In this document: piece by piece, positions 49,024 through 59,922 of the stretch | Numbering within the stretch: position 1 is the stretch's first letter | How the letters are laid out: the number at the start of each line of letters is the position of its first letter | Origin: Candidatus Latescibacterota bacterium | GTDB lineage: Bacteria > Latescibacterota > UBA2968 > UBA8231 | Assembly: GCA_965243025.1 (NCBI GenBank) | Contig: CBDETY010000003.1 | Span: forward strand, 4,192,001 to 4,256,000 | Reading direction: 5' to 3' | DNA length: 64,000 bases | The notes under the pieces: model-generated | What the model was told of the DNA's origin: nothing | Seen by the model: the letters and a program-made list of their open reading frames with translations, nothing else | The model's database searches: none | Position numbers and translations under genes: made by a program

Positions 49024-52000
49024 CTACTTGAGCAACAGCATCTTTCGGACTTGGGCGAACTCTCCTGCCTGCAGGCGGTACAGGTAGATTCCCGAAGACA
49101 CCGCCTGGCCGCGGTCGTTGGTCGCGTCCCAGGTGAAGACGTAGCGGCCGATGCTCTGGCGCTCGTTCACGAGGGTTCGGACCACCTGTCCAATCGAGTT
49201 GTATACCACCAGCTTCACGTCAGACGCCTGTGGCAGCGCGTACTTGATCGTGGTTTCCGGATTGAAGGGGTTCGGGTAGTTGAACCCGAGCGCGTAGACC
49301 TCAGGTAGCGTCTCCATCTGCACCGGGGCCGGCAGGACCAGGGGATTGACGGCGAAGGCGCCGTCTCTGACCTGGCCCTCAGTGATCCTGATCCAACCGT
49401 CTTCGAACTCCCGCAGGGCGCGGAACACCAACTCCACCGCCACGGTGCCTTCGGACACTTCGTCTCCGTAGGCGACGATGGCTTGTTTCCCCTCCGCTAC
49501 GGCCAGGACTTGCGGGTTGGCGAGGATGCCCTCCCCGAGGCCGTTATCGGCGGCTACGGCGCGAACCACCTCCAGCTCCTCGCCGTCGAACTCGACCTGG
49601 AAGCCGTAGCCCTTGAGCAGACCGAAGTCGCTCAGGTGCAGGGTCAGGACGAACTCTTCACCGACTCGCGGAAGCGGTACGCCGCCGAAGAAGTCCAGCC
49701 GGGTCTGTTCGTTCCGGCCGGGCTCGAGCGGGATGACCTTGGCGGCCGAAGCGGTCTGACGGCCGAAGTTCTCGGCGAATACGTTGTATCCGTCGATGTC
49801 CACGGCCTGTTTGGCGGCCAGATCGAAGGCCGGTTCCCATTCCGTATCCTCCACCGACGAACCGTAGTGATCGGCGAAGTGGAAGTAGTCGTCGAAACCG
49901 ACGGTCTTGTCCGCCCCGAACAAGCCCTGGATGAGCTTGCCGTTGACGTCTTCCTCGCGGTTGCGGATGGACATGGCTTCCTCCTCCTCCGATACGGTCT
50001 CGTTGTCCTGATCGAAGGCGGAGACGACGTAGGTGAACCGTATTCCGGTGATGGCCGTCGTATCCACGAACCCGGTGACACCGGGACCGACCGTCCCGAG
50101 GAGAGCAAACCCTTCGGCCTCCTCCCGGTAGATACGATAGCCCACCACGCCGCGGCTCATGTCCGAGGTTACCGGACCTACGGCGCCCTCGACCATGCGG
50201 GTTATCGAGACGTCCGAGGTCGACTCGGTCCACGACAACTGGATTTGGCCTCCGTCGTCGTCCGGGACATCCACGGCCCGGAAAGACCCCGCCGCAGCCG
50301 GCGGCGTGTTGTCGATGGCGCGAGCCGAACCCGACTGCGTAATCGACGACATCAGAACGACGCTCGGTCGCTGGTCGGTCGCTCCGCCTACCGTGGCCTC
50401 GCCCCCGATGGCCAGTTCGAGACTGGGACAGTCGGACGGAGTCAGCTGTATACCGCGCCAGCTGGCTACCAACTCACCGTCCCTGCGGGCGGTGGCGGCA
50501 TAGGAGCTGGTGCGACCCGAGTTGTTGACACTCAGGCTGACCTGCCCGGTGGCGTCCGTGGTGCCTTTCCAGAGGATGTTGGAAGACCGGGGCGAACTGA
50601 CCCGGTTGCCCGAGCCGGTGCGCCAGACCAGTACCTCCAGTCCGTCCACGTCCGATCCGGTCACGACGATGTCGGCCATACAGGCCATATCGTCCATCAT
50701 GCTGCTGCCGCCGATCTGGCCCAGGACGCCCCATACAGAGGACATCGTGTCCAGGGTGGCTACTACTGCCCGGCCTTCCGTAGCGCCGGGAGCGGCGGCG
50801 ACGCTCCCCCATTCTCTGGCCGAACCCTCACCCCGGAAGATGCGGTACGTGTCCAGTATGGAATGATCGTCGGACAGATCCCAGGTGAGCAGGACGAATC
50901 CGCCCTCATCACCCGGGTTGTCGGCGGCGACCACTCGATCCGGTGCATCCAACGGCCGCACCGTCACCGATACCGAACTGCTCAGATCGCTGTCCTCCGA
51001 ATCCTCGAACGTCAGCACCAGAGCCGTGGCCGGTACCTCGTCGCTGCGTACCCAGAATCCGCCAGTCCCCTCCTCCAGCTCCACCGGGGAGGACGAACTG
51101 ACGTTCCTCGCATCGGTGGATATGGTGACCTCGCGGTCCTCGGTGCGGACGTTACCGTACGAATCCGTAGCCGAAACCTGGCCCCGGTACGCCCGGCCTA
51201 CGGCCAGCGTATCCGGCAATCCGGTGACCACCAACTGACTGGCCTCGCCCGGGTTGTACATGATCCCGGAGAGCCCGGCCAGGGAATCACCGTCCGTGTT
51301 GCGGAGCACGATGGACAGTACGTCCGGACCTACCGTGTCGTTCAGGACGACGGTGCGCTGTCCTTCAGACCAGGAGTCCGCATCCAACTGAGCCGAGCCG
51401 CCGCCCTGATCGGTTACCCCGTCTCCGCTCAGCGTGACGCCCCGGCCTCCGGTTACTTCGAGGACATGAGCGCCTTCCTCAGCCACCGATACCGTCAGGG
51501 AAATGGCCTGACCGACGGTGCGAGCCTCGTCCGGATCTTCTATGGCGAGGTTGTTCTTGGGTACGCCGCGCTTCGGAGTTGCCTCGCGGCTATCCGAAGG
51601 CGGGCCGTCCCCGTGCTGGTTATAGGCGATGACCCGTACCATGTGTTCGATTGTATAGTCCAGATCGCCAATGACGTGGTTGACCGCGAGCATTCCGCTT
51701 ACTCTGGCCTGGCGAGACGAGGAGAAATCCTGGTCTCCCGACTTCCACTGCACCTTGTATCCGGATGCTTTGGCCATCACCCGCCACTTCACCGCAAGCT
51801 GACCGCCTTCTGCTCCCGCCTTCACCGACGAGAGCACTACCTTGCCCGGTTTCGGGTCTTTGGGCGCAGTGGTGACAGGCGGCGTCGTAGGTTGCGCAGG
51901 CGGCGTTGTTGGCGGCTGAGGAGTGGGTGTAGAGGGTGTTGATGGTGTAGATGGTCGCCGCCGGGTCGGCGTGCCTGTGACTTCGTCTGAAGGTTGTCCG

Positions 52001-55000
52001 TAGACGGAGGCCACGCCGGCAACCACAAACACCGTGTACTGGGTGCCTACCGTCAGATTCGGAATCACATGGCGTGTACCGCTGGTCACCTCGGCTAGGC
52101 GGGAGGCGTCGAAATCCTGCGTGCCCGATTTCCAATAAACTCTATACATCGTGGCGTCAGGGACTGCCTTCCAGGATACCGTGAGGGCTTCTACGCCGGC
52201 AGCCCGCACGTTGGTTACCTGGCCCGGCTGCGGAGTGCCCGTGGCCGGAGCGGAAGCCGGTCCATCGTCGGCGTCTCCGGTCTCGATTATTGTAGCAATC
52301 ACCTGAATTGTGTATTCGATGCCTGCCGTCCGACCGCCAAGGCCAATCGAAGTATGACTGAAGCCAGGGTCGTCGCCGACTTCAATCAGCGCTTGGCGGT
52401 TCGTTTCGTCGTAGTCCTCGTCCCCCGACTTCCACTGCACCTTGTAGCCGGTGGCGCCCGTGACCTCGTCCCATGCTACGGAGAGATGGTACGGGCCGGG
52501 AGTTACCATCACGTTCGCGACCTGGCCCAGACGATCCGTCGGAGTCCCGAAGGCCTCATCCGAATCCGGTCCGTCGCCCGTGGAAAGGACAGCTATTACC
52601 CGTACCGTGTATTCGGTGTCCGGTTCCAGATCCGGAATCGTATAGCTCAAACCGGTCACTTCTTCTTCGCGGTCGTCGGTTGCCGCATTCGCGAACGTCT
52701 CCGATCCCGACTTCCACTGCACCTTGTAGCCGGTGGCGCCCGGGACCATGCTCCACGATACCGCGAGCCGCTCCGGGCCGGGGTCCACCATCACGTTCGC
52801 GACCTGGCCCTCAGCCACCGGCACCGGAGTGCCTGTTGCTTCGTCTGAAGGATCGCCGTTGCCGCTCGCATTGTAGGCGATCACCTGCACCGTGTACTGG
52901 GTCGCGGGGTCCGCCGTCAGACCCTCAATCGTATACCTCGTCCCCGTAATATCCGTGGCTTCGCGGTTGTCGGTTGCGGCATCCGCGAACGTCTGCTGAC
53001 CCGACCTCCACTGCACCGTGTAGCCGTCGGCCCCGGTAACCTCGTCCCACGACAGCAGGAGCTTCTCCGCCCCGGCCACCACATTCACGCTTGCCACCTT
53101 GCCCGGCAACGGCGTGCCTGTGGCTTCGTCTGAGGGAGCGCTGTCGTCGGTCTCCGGGGTGTTGGAGTTGCTCAGGTCCAGAGTGGCGATCACCTGCACC
53201 GTATACTCGGTGTCCGCCGAAAGGCTTTCGATGGTGTAACTCAGACCCGTCCTCCGGCCTTCGCGGGTTGCCGGGTCGTAGTCCTCTGACCCCGATTTCC
53301 ACTGGATCTTGTATCCAGCCGCCCCCGGGACCGCCGTCCACGATACCGTGAGCGCCCCCGAGCCGGCAGTCACCGTCACCCCCGTCACCGTGCCCGGCGC
53401 AGGGGTGCCTCTTTCTAGATCCGAGGCCGCCCCCAACCCGCCTGCGTTGGAAGCGAAAACCTGCACCGTGTACTGGGTGCCTGCGATCAGATTCTCAATC
53501 ACATAACCGAACCCATCTTCCAGCGTATAACTGGGCGCATCTTCCAGGCGCGCCGTTCTGGTGTCGGCCGCATCATCACTATCAAGCAAGTTGTCGAAAT
53601 CCTGGCTCCCCGACTTCCACTGCACCGTGTAGCCAGTGGCGCCCGGGACCAATTCCCACGTCACCTCGAGCTGCTGCGGGCCGCGAGTCACCGTCGGGTC
53701 CACCTTGCCCGGCAACGGGGTGCCGGTGACTTCCTCTGAGGGCGGACCATTACCTACAGTTTCGGTTGCGTGTTTGGCGTAAACCTGCACCCAGTACTTC
53801 TGACCCGGAGGCATCAGCATGCCAGGACCACGCAGGTCCGTCATTGTTAATGTTACCATCGTAGGTGGCGTTGCACCTGCAGCGACGTCTTTCATCCTTG
53901 ACCGGGAGCTGTACTCCTGCGAATCCTCCCTCCACTGCACGGTGTATCCATCAGTGGCTCCCGGTTCGGCATCCCACGATACGTCGAGGGTCCCCTGGCC
54001 GAGGGCTACCCTCACGTTCTCCACCTGGCCCGGCGCAGGAGTTCCTGCGACCCCGGTTGAAGGATCTCCTTCCGCGTCCCCGGCCAAGGTAGCAATCACC
54101 CGCACCTGGTACGCGGTTCCCCCTATCAGATCCGGAATCGTATAGTTCCTTGAGGATGCGGACACCGTCTTCTGGTTGGTGCCTTCGGTGGCTGTGAAAG
54201 GATCTGGGAACGATGCTTCCGTCGTCCACTGCACCTTGTATCCAGTGGCATTCGGGACCGCGTCCCAGGTCACCTCGAGCGCTTCCGAGGCGGATGTCAC
54301 CTCCACCTGCACCACCATATTATTTGTCGATGCTACCGGGGTGAAAGGCGAGCTTGCTGATGCCTGTCCATTGCCTCCTTTGGTTGTTGTGGCGTAAACC
54401 TGCACCGTGTAATTAGTGCCCGCCGTCAGCCCCATAATCCTATAGGAAGGGTCACCAGTTTCCGGCTGGTCAATCGTGGCCTGGCGGGTCTGGTCGTAAT
54501 TCACCTCCGTCGCCAACTTCCACTGCACCGTGTAGCTATCTGCCCCTCCGATCCGGGTCCATCCTACATTGGCCCCCCAGGCATATTCTGCGGTAGCGGT
54601 CACAGTCAGCGCCCCCACCTGGGCCGGCTTCGGGGTGCCTGTGGCATCGTCTGAAGGCGTGCCGTCGTCCGTCGCCGGGTCGTTGTTGGTGGGATCGCTG
54701 GTGGCAATCACCCGCACCGTATACTCGGTTCCCGCCGTCAGGCCCGTCGTAATCGTATGGCTCGTTGCGGTCACCGTTGCTTCGTTGGTGCCGTCGATGG
54801 GTGTGAAATCATCCGCATCCCAAGAGGCAACGCTAGTCGCATCCCTCCACTGCACCTTGTATCCAATTCCAGTTCCAGAAACCGCCCTCCACGATACCGT
54901 AAGCTGCGCCGCGGCCTCGGAAGTCACCGTCACTCCCGTTACCTGGCCCGGCTTGGGTGTTTCTGTGGCCTCGGCTGAGGGCGTGCCGTCCCCGCTCGTG

Positions 55001-58000
55001 TTCATGGCGATCACCCGCACCGTGTACGGGGTGCCCGCCGTTAAACGAGCGGAAATCTCATGACTGGTTTCGGTTCCCGCGACCACGTTTTGGCGGGTCC
55101 TCGGGTCCCAATCCTGGGTTCCCGACTTCCACTGCACTTTGTAGTTATCAGCCCCCGTCACCTCCCCCCACGCCACGGTGAGCTTCCCCTCACCGGGAGT
55201 CACGGGGCGCACGGGGGGATCTGCGGTTAGATCCTGAGTAACGAGAATCACCTGGCCCGGCGCCGGCATGCCTGTGGCGTCGGCTGAGGGTGCACCGTCC
55301 CCGCTCGCGTTTACCGGGACCACCCGCACCGTGTACTCAGTGTCCGCCGACAGACTTGGAATCGTATGGGTCGTTGCGGGTGCGGTCACCGTTGCTTCGT
55401 TGGTGCCGTCGGTGGGTGTGAAATCATCCGCACCCCAAGAGGCTACCTCCGGATCCCTCCACTGCACCTTGTAGCTGGTGGCGCCCGTGACCGCGTCCCA
55501 TTCCACCGTGAGCTGCTCCGGGCCGGGAGTCACCGTCGGGGTTCCCACCATGCCCGGCTCCGGCGTGCCTGTGGCGTCGCCTGAGGGTGTGCCGTCGCCG
55601 CCAGGATTGAAGGCGATCACCCGCACCGTGTACTCGGTGCCCCCCGTCAAACTACCAATCGTATATTCCGGGTCATCGAGACCATCGGTCACCGTTTTTT
55701 GGTTGGTACCTTCGGCCGGTGTGAAATTAGCCGCAGTCCAATCGCTATTAACACTCGCATCCCTCCACTGCACCTTGTAGCCGGTGGCCCCGTCAACCGG
55801 TTCCCATTCCGCCTTGAGCTCCACCGAGCCGGGAGTCAACGTCACGGTTCCCACCGTGCCCGGCGACGGCCTTCCTGTGGCCTCGGCCGAGGGGTCGCCG
55901 TCGCCGCCAGCATTGTAGGCGATCACCCGCACTCGGTAGAGGGTACCCCCCAGAGCCGTGTCCAAAGCAGGCGACGTGCCATCACCAATTGTCGTCGTCG
56001 CCGTACTCGCACCGGTCTCCACGACTTGACGGCTGTCGGGGTCCCAATTCTCTGACCCCGTCCTCCACTGCACCTTGTAACCGGTGACACCATCTAACGC
56101 GACCCAATTCACCGTGAGCTGTCCGGCCTGGCCGGTAGTGGCCTCCGCAGTCACGCCCGTCACCTGGCCCGGCTTGGTCCACCCGTCCGTAAACGGGGAA
56201 GCTTCTCCAGCCGCCCCGCCCACCGTAGCAGTCACCTGCACCGTATACTGGGTGTTCTCACTCAGGCTCCTGATCGTATACCGCGTACCGCGAATCCCTG
56301 AAGTAGCCTCGCTGTCGTCGGTAAACGCGGAGAGGTCTCCCTCTTCCCACTCTACCTTGTAGTCGGTGGCCCCGGTGACCGCGACCCAGTCCACCGTAAG
56401 CTGCTGCGAGCCGGGAGTCACCGTCACGCCCGTTACCTGGTTGTTCCCCGGGGGTCCCGGGGTTGCAGAAACTTCTGAGGGCGCCCCATTGCCCCCATCG
56501 TTTGTGGCTGTGGCGTACACCTGCACCGTGTGCGCGGGGCGCCCCAGCCCCGTAATCCTATGCGAAGGATTTTCCCCAGTGGGGGTCTGGTCGATCACCT
56601 TGGTGCGGGTCCCGGGCCCGGTCCCGTCGTAATTCACCTCCGTCGCCAACTTCCACTGCACCGTGTAACTCTCTGCCCCCTCCAACCGGGTCCATGTTAC
56701 CGTAACCTCCCCCGGTAGGGCGGGAGTAGACTGGGCCAAGCCCTGCACCGGGCCCGGCTTCGGGGCGCCTGTGGCGTCCTCTGAAGGCGTGCCGTCGGCT
56801 AGAAAAACGTCCTCGACCGCAACTGCGGCCGCATCGTGTGTGGCAATCACCCGCACCGTGTACTCGGTGCCCACCGTCAGAGGCGTTGAAGGAGAAATCG
56901 TATAGCTCGTTGCGGTCGCCGCTGCTTGGTTGGTGGCGTCGGGTGTGAATGCATCCCAAGTTGCAACACTAGTCGCATCCCTCCACTGCACCTTGTATTC
57001 AATTCCAGTTCCAGAAACCGCCGTCCACGATACCGTAAGCTCCGCCGCCGCGTCGGAGGTCACCGTCACCCCCGTTACCTGGCCCGGCTGCGGAGTGCCT
57101 GTGGCGGTGGCTGAGGGCGCGCCGGGGCCGCTCGTGTTCATGGCGAACACCCGCACCGTGTATTCGGTGCCCGCCACCAGATCACGCGTAATCTCATGAC
57201 TGGTTGCGTCCTGGTCTTCCATGCCTTGGCGGTCGCTCGGGTCCCAGTCCTGCGTCCCCGACTTCCACTGTATTTTGTACTCATCGGCCCCCGTGACCGC
57301 CTGCCACTTCACGGTGAGCTTTTCCTCACCGGGTTCCACCGTCAAGGCATCGGTATCACTGGTTTCATCCGGGCCGTTCACTTGGCCTGGCCTCGGCCTG
57401 CCTGTGGCGTCGTCTGAGGGCGTGCCGTCGCCGCCGTTGCTGGCGTCGGTGTTGTCGCCGTTGGTGGCGATCACCCGCACCGTGTACGTGTTCTCCGCCG
57501 ACAGACCTCCAGTAGTCGCCGTAATAGTATGGCTATAGGTTGTTGGGAGTGGGTCAGAGGTCGACGCGGCCACCGTTTCTTCGTTGTCCGGGTCCGTTCC
57601 GTCATCGTCGGGCTCGAAATCCTCCCAAGAGTCTACCTCATCCGGATCCCTCCACTGTACCTTGTAGTTAGTGGCGACATCTAACCCGTCCCAGGTCACC
57701 GTGAGCTGTCCCGCGGCGGCAGGAACGGTCACCGTCACGCCCGTCACCTGGCCCGGTGCCGGCGTGCCAGTGGTGGGCGTAGGATCAGTACCACCGGGCC
57801 CATCGGGATCATCCGAGGGATGGCTGTAGTCGCCGTACATGTCTTTGGCGAAAACCCGCACCTGATACGTGACGGCCGGATCCAGTCCCGAGATTATTTC
57901 CTCATATTTCATCTCCGTCCCAGCTTCAATGACCCGCTGGCGTTCGGCATCCCAAGCTTCATCTGGATCAGTATCAGCATCATCTCCATCGGCGGCATTC

Positions 58001-58194
58001 CTCCACTGCATCTTGTAGCCGGTTGCCCCCTCTACCTTGGGCCACTCCACCGTGAGCTGCTCCGGTCCGGATTTCACCGTCACTGTTGGAGGAGCAAACT
58101 GCGCTTGCAGCCCCCTTGGGAGAAACGAAATGGCCAGCAAGACGAGCATTCCCCCTCGCAACCATTTCATGGATACTTGGTGGCTATTTTTCAT
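49024..58194 (-). CDS. Giant secreted fibronectin type III repeat protein (~21 FnIII) with FlgD-Ig/T9SS type A-like C-terminal domain
   Basis: Signal peptide (...PRGLQA/Q); about 21 repeats of LTVSW...Y(K/T)VQW...YTVRVIA; Pro/Thr linker; EF-hand/dockerin-like VGFDDYFHFADHYG; cohesin-like domain; NYPNPFNPETTI...SGIYLYRL...KMLLLK. Start 58194 chosen by RBS. Confidence 0.9.
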   Translation of the reverse strand: MKNSHQVSMKWLRGGMLVLLAISFLPRGLQAQFAPPTVTVKSGPEQLTVEWPKVEGATGYKMQWRNAADGDDADTDPDEAWDAERQRVIEAGTEMKYEEIISGLDPAVTYQVRVFAKDMYGDYSHPSDDPDGPGGTDPTPTTGTPAPGQVTGVTVTVPAAAGQLTVTWDGLDVATNYKVQWRDPDEVDSWEDFEPDDDGTDPDNEETVAASTSDPLPTTYSHTITATTGGLSAENTYTVRVIATNGDNTDASNGGDGTPSDDATGRPRPGQVNGPDETSDTDALTVEPGEEKLTVKWQAVTGADEYKIQWKSGTQDWDPSDRQGMEDQDATSHEITRDLVAGTEYTVRVFAMNTSGPGAPSATATGTPQPGQVTGVTVTSDAAAELTVSWTAVSGTGIEYKVQWRDATSVATWDAFTPDATNQAAATATSYTISPSTPLTVGTEYTVRVIATHDAAAVAVEDVFLADGTPSEDATGAPKPGPVQGLAQSTPALPGEVTVTWTRLEGAESYTVQWKLATEVNYDGTGPGTRTKVIDQTPTGENPSHRITGLGRPAHTVQVYATATNDGGNGAPSEVSATPGPPGNNQVTGVTVTPGSQQLTVDWVAVTGATDYKVEWEEGDLSAFTDDSEATSGIRGTRYTIRSLSENTQYTVQVTATVGGAAGEASPFTDGWTKPGQVTGVTAEATTGQAGQLTVNWVALDGVTGYKVQWRTGSENWDPDSRQVVETGASTATTTIGDGTSPALDTALGGTLYRVRVIAYNAGGDGDPSAEATGRPSPGTVGTVTLTPGSVELKAEWEPVDGATGYKVQWRDASVNSDWTAANFTPAEGTNQKTVTDGLDDPEYTIGSLTGGTEYTVRVIAFNPGGDGTPSGDATGTPEPGMVGTPTVTPGPEQLTVEWDAVTGATSYKVQWRDPEVASWGADDFTPTDGTNEATVTAPATTHTIPSLSADTEYTVRVVPVNASGDGAPSADATGMPAPGQVILVTQDLTADPPVRPVTPGEGKLTVAWGEVTGADNYKVQWKSGTQDWDPRTRQNVVAGTETSHEISARLTAGTPYTVRVIAMNTSGDGTPSAEATETPKPGQVTGVTVTSEAAAQLTVSWRAVSGTGIGYKVQWRDATSVASWDADDFTPIDGTNEATVTATSHTITTGLTAGTEYTVRVIATSDPTNNDPATDDGTPSDDATGTPKPAQVGALTVTATAEYAWGANVGWTRIGGADSYTVQWKLATEVNYDQTRQATIDQPETGDPSYRIMGLTAGTNYTVQVYATTTKGGNGQASASSPFTPVASTNNMVVQVEVTSASEALEVTWDAVPNATGYKVQWTTEASFPDPFTATEGTNQKTVSASSRNYTIPDLIGGTAYQVRVIATLAGDAEGDPSTGVAGTPAPGQVENVRVALGQGTLDVSWDAEPGATDGYTVQWREDSQEYSSRSRMKDVAAGATPPTMVTLTMTDLRGPGMLMPPGQKYWVQVYAKHATETVGNGPPSEEVTGTPLPGKVDPTVTRGPQQLEVTWELVPGATGYTVQWKSGSQDFDNLLDSDDAADTRTARLEDAPSYTLEDGFGYVIENLIAGTQYTVQVFASNAGGLGAASDLERGTPAPGTVTGVTVTAGSGALTVSWTAVPGAAGYKIQWKSGSEDYDPATREGRRTGLSYTIESLSADTEYTVQVIATLDLSNSNTPETDDSAPSDEATGTPLPGKVASVNVVAGAEKLLLSWDEVTGADGYTVQWRSGQQTFADAATDNREATDITGTRYTIEGLTADPATQYTVQVIAYNASGNGDPSDEATGTPVPVAEGQVANVMVDPGPERLAVSWSMVPGATGYKVQWKSGSETFANAATDDREEEVTGLSYTIPDLEPDTEYTVRVIAVLSTGDGPDSDEAFGTPTDRLGQVANVMVTPGPYHLSVAWDEVTGATGYKVQWKSGDEDYDETNRQALIEVGDDPGFSHTSIGLGGRTAGIEYTIQVIATIIETGDADDGPASAPATGTPQPGQVTNVRAAGVEALTVSWKAVPDATMYRVYWKSGTQDFDASRLAEVTSGTRHVIPNLTVGTQYTVFVVAGVASVYGQPSDEVTGTPTRRRPSTPSTPSTPTPQPPTTPPAQPTTPPVTTAPKDPKPGKVVLSSVKAGAEGGQLAVKWRVMAKASGYKVQWKSGDQDFSSSRQARVSGMLAVNHVIGDLDYTIEHMVRVIAYNQHGDGPPSDSREATPKRGVPKNNLAIEDPDEARTVGQAISLTVSVAEEGAHVLEVTGGRGVTLSGDGVTDQGGGSAQLDADSWSEGQRTVVLNDTVGPDVLSIVLRNTDGDSLAGLSGIMYNPGEASQLVVTGLPDTLAVGRAYRGQVSATDSYGNVRTEDREVTISTDARNVSSSSPVELEEGTGGFWVRSDEVPATALVLTFEDSEDSDLSSSVSVTVRPLDAPDRVVAADNPGDEGGFVLLTWDLSDDHSILDTYRIFRGEGSAREWGSVAAAPGATEGRAVVATLDTMSSVWGVLGQIGGSSMMDDMACMADIVVTGSDVDGLEVLVWRTGSGNRVSSPRSSNILWKGTTDATGQVSLSVNNSGRTSSYAATARRDGELVASWRGIQLTPSDCPSLELAIGGEATVGGATDQRPSVVLMSSITQSGSARAIDNTPPAAAGSFRAVDVPDDDGGQIQLSWTESTSDVSITRMVEGAVGPVTSDMSRGVVGYRIYREEAEGFALLGTVGPGVTGFVDTTAITGIRFTYVVSAFDQDNETVSEEEEAMSIRNREEDVNGKLIQGLFGADKTVGFDDYFHFADHYGSSVEDTEWEPAFDLAAKQAVDIDGYNVFAENFGRQTASAAKVIPLEPGRNEQTRLDFFGGVPLPRVGEEFVLTLHLSDFGLLKGYGFQVEFDGEELEVVRAVAADNGLGEGILANPQVLAVAEGKQAIVAYGDEVSEGTVAVELVFRALREFEDGWIRITEGQVRDGAFAVNPLVLPAPVQMETLPEVYALGFNYPNPFNPETTIKYALPQASDVKLVVYNSIGQVVRTLVNERQSIGRYVFTWDATNDRGQAVSSGIYLYRLQAGEFAQVRKMLLLK

Positions 58195-58301
58195 CAGAAC
58201 AGTCCTTCTCCTTTGAGAAAACCGCATCTTCACACGGTTCGGACGAGGGTAGATTTTCGATATGGTGGGTTAAACGAACTATTGGCATGTCACGATTCTT
58301 A

Positions 58302-58331
58302 AAAGTAAGGGGCATTCTGCCATGGAGTCAA
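58302..58331 (-). promoter_or_regulatory. Candidate promoter for the giant gene
   Basis: Minus strand TTGACT (58331-58326), 18-bp spacer, TACTTT. Confidence 0.35.
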
Positions 58332-58709
58332 GCTTTTCGGGTGAGTCTTGTTGATGATTGAAGCATCTGAACCAATTACATATTACATATTCATATGTTC
58401 TTAACCGGAGAAATCGTGGCTTCCTTCTGTGTAAAAGAACCAAAGATCATTCGGGAATGTCAAGCTATTTTTGTGTCGATCCGAAACAGGCTGAACCCTT
58501 TCCGAGGGCGTCCCGCAAGGCCCCAAAAAGTTGCATGCGAAGAAAAAGTGCCCGATTTTCGCCGTCGCGTCAACATCTGGCCCCCCAAGGCGTCCTGAAC
58601 AGGCGGGGCCGCGGTTCGGCTGTTCCGCCGCCGGTTTTGCCCCTGACCTGATTATTCAATAAGAGCACGAAGGACCAAATAGTAAAGGACGAATAGGACG
58701 AATGGGATA

Positions 58710-59918
58710 ATGGATGATCTTTTCGAATCCCTGTTGGACGGATGCGCCGAGGGTTCCTCTGCGGACGGCATCTGCATCGACACCGAGCTGGAGCCGCTGA
58801 CCGGCCCGGGCGGGCCGGTCAAGCCGGCGGTATACGCCGGCGGCAGGTATCAGCAGGACCGCCGCTGGGCGAGCCCGGAAGCGGCCGAATCCACGCCGGT
58901 GCTGGTGATCGACAACGTGCCGTCGCAGGCCAACCGCCTGGAAGAGGCTTTGCAGGACCGCAACCGGGAATCGCCCTTTTTCCCGGAACTGGTCCTGGAT
59001 CTGTCCTGCGTGGCGCCTCTGCCGGCGCATCTGCCGCGCCGGCTTTCGAGTCTGGAGTTTCCCCACCGCAACGCGGATGCCTACCTGCGGGACGCCCGGC
59101 TCGAGGGCGTCGATTTCCTCCGAACCGACCTCGGGCGAGCGATTTTCGCGGCGACCCCGCAGGAGTGCGGAGCGCTGATGGCCTGGTTTCCGCAGGCGTT
59201 GCTGTTCGGCTTCTGGCAATCGCATCTGGGCAGGAAGCGGCACAGCACCAAGCACGCGCGGTCCTGGGTATCGGAGATCGTGGGCTGGAATCCGGGCGCG
59301 GTGGACACCCGGCTGCTGGGCATGAAGGGCGACCCGTTGAACCTGAACACCGACCAGGCGATCACCTCCAACCCCAACGACCGGATGAGCTGGGAGATCG
59401 GGGAGGGGGCCGCGGTAACGGGGGGCCGTAAGGACAAGCTGTCGGAGATCGGCCACGGCCGGGTGCCGTTCATGGGGGAGGAGGAAGCCGCCGCCGGGCC
59501 GGTGTCGTTTGCGCGGGTGACCCAGCGGGCAACGGTGTCGTTTGCGCAGCTTCGAAAGGTCGGTCTGGGCCCGGACCGGGCGGCGGCGGAACAGGCGGCG
59601 CGGGCGCTGCTGGTGGCCGTGGGGCTGTATGCCCACCTGCGGGCCTTCGGCCGGGGGTTCGCGCTGCGTTCCGGGGCCGAGTTGCGGCCCCGGGAAACGG
59701 CGGCGACGTGGCTGGGAAGCGACGGGGACGAGCCCTGCGCGATCGGCCCCGTCGAGGCCGCCGAACAGCTTTTGAGGCAGGCGCACGAGCACGCCGGGGC
59801 GGCCGGGGTGCCCCTGGACGGCTGGGGCCGGCCCCCGGTTCTGCTGACCCCGAAAAAAAACCTTCACGCCGCGATCCGGGCTACCTGGCCGGACTTCGAC
59901 GACAACGGGGGGACCTGA
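58710..59918 (+). CDS. csb1: Type I-G (I-U) CRISPR backbone protein Cas7/Csb1
   Basis: VKPAVY, IDNVPSQANRLE, SLEFPHRNADAYLRD, ALLFGFWQS, KLSEIGHG, FALRSGAEL. Confidence 0.9.
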   Translation: MDDLFESLLDGCAEGSSADGICIDTELEPLTGPGGPVKPAVYAGGRYQQDRRWASPEAAESTPVLVIDNVPSQANRLEEALQDRNRESPFFPELVLDLSCVAPLPAHLPRRLSSLEFPHRNADAYLRDARLEGVDFLRTDLGRAIFAATPQECGALMAWFPQALLFGFWQSHLGRKRHSTKHARSWVSEIVGWNPGAVDTRLLGMKGDPLNLNTDQAITSNPNDRMSWEIGEGAAVTGGRKDKLSEIGHGRVPFMGEEEAAAGPVSFARVTQRATVSFAQLRKVGLGPDRAAAEQAARALLVAVGLYAHLRAFGRGFALRSGAELRPRETAATWLGSDGDEPCAIGPVEAAEQLLRQAHEHAGAAGVPLDGWGRPPVLLTPKKNLHAAIRATWPDFDDNGGT

Positions 59919-59922
59919 CCCG

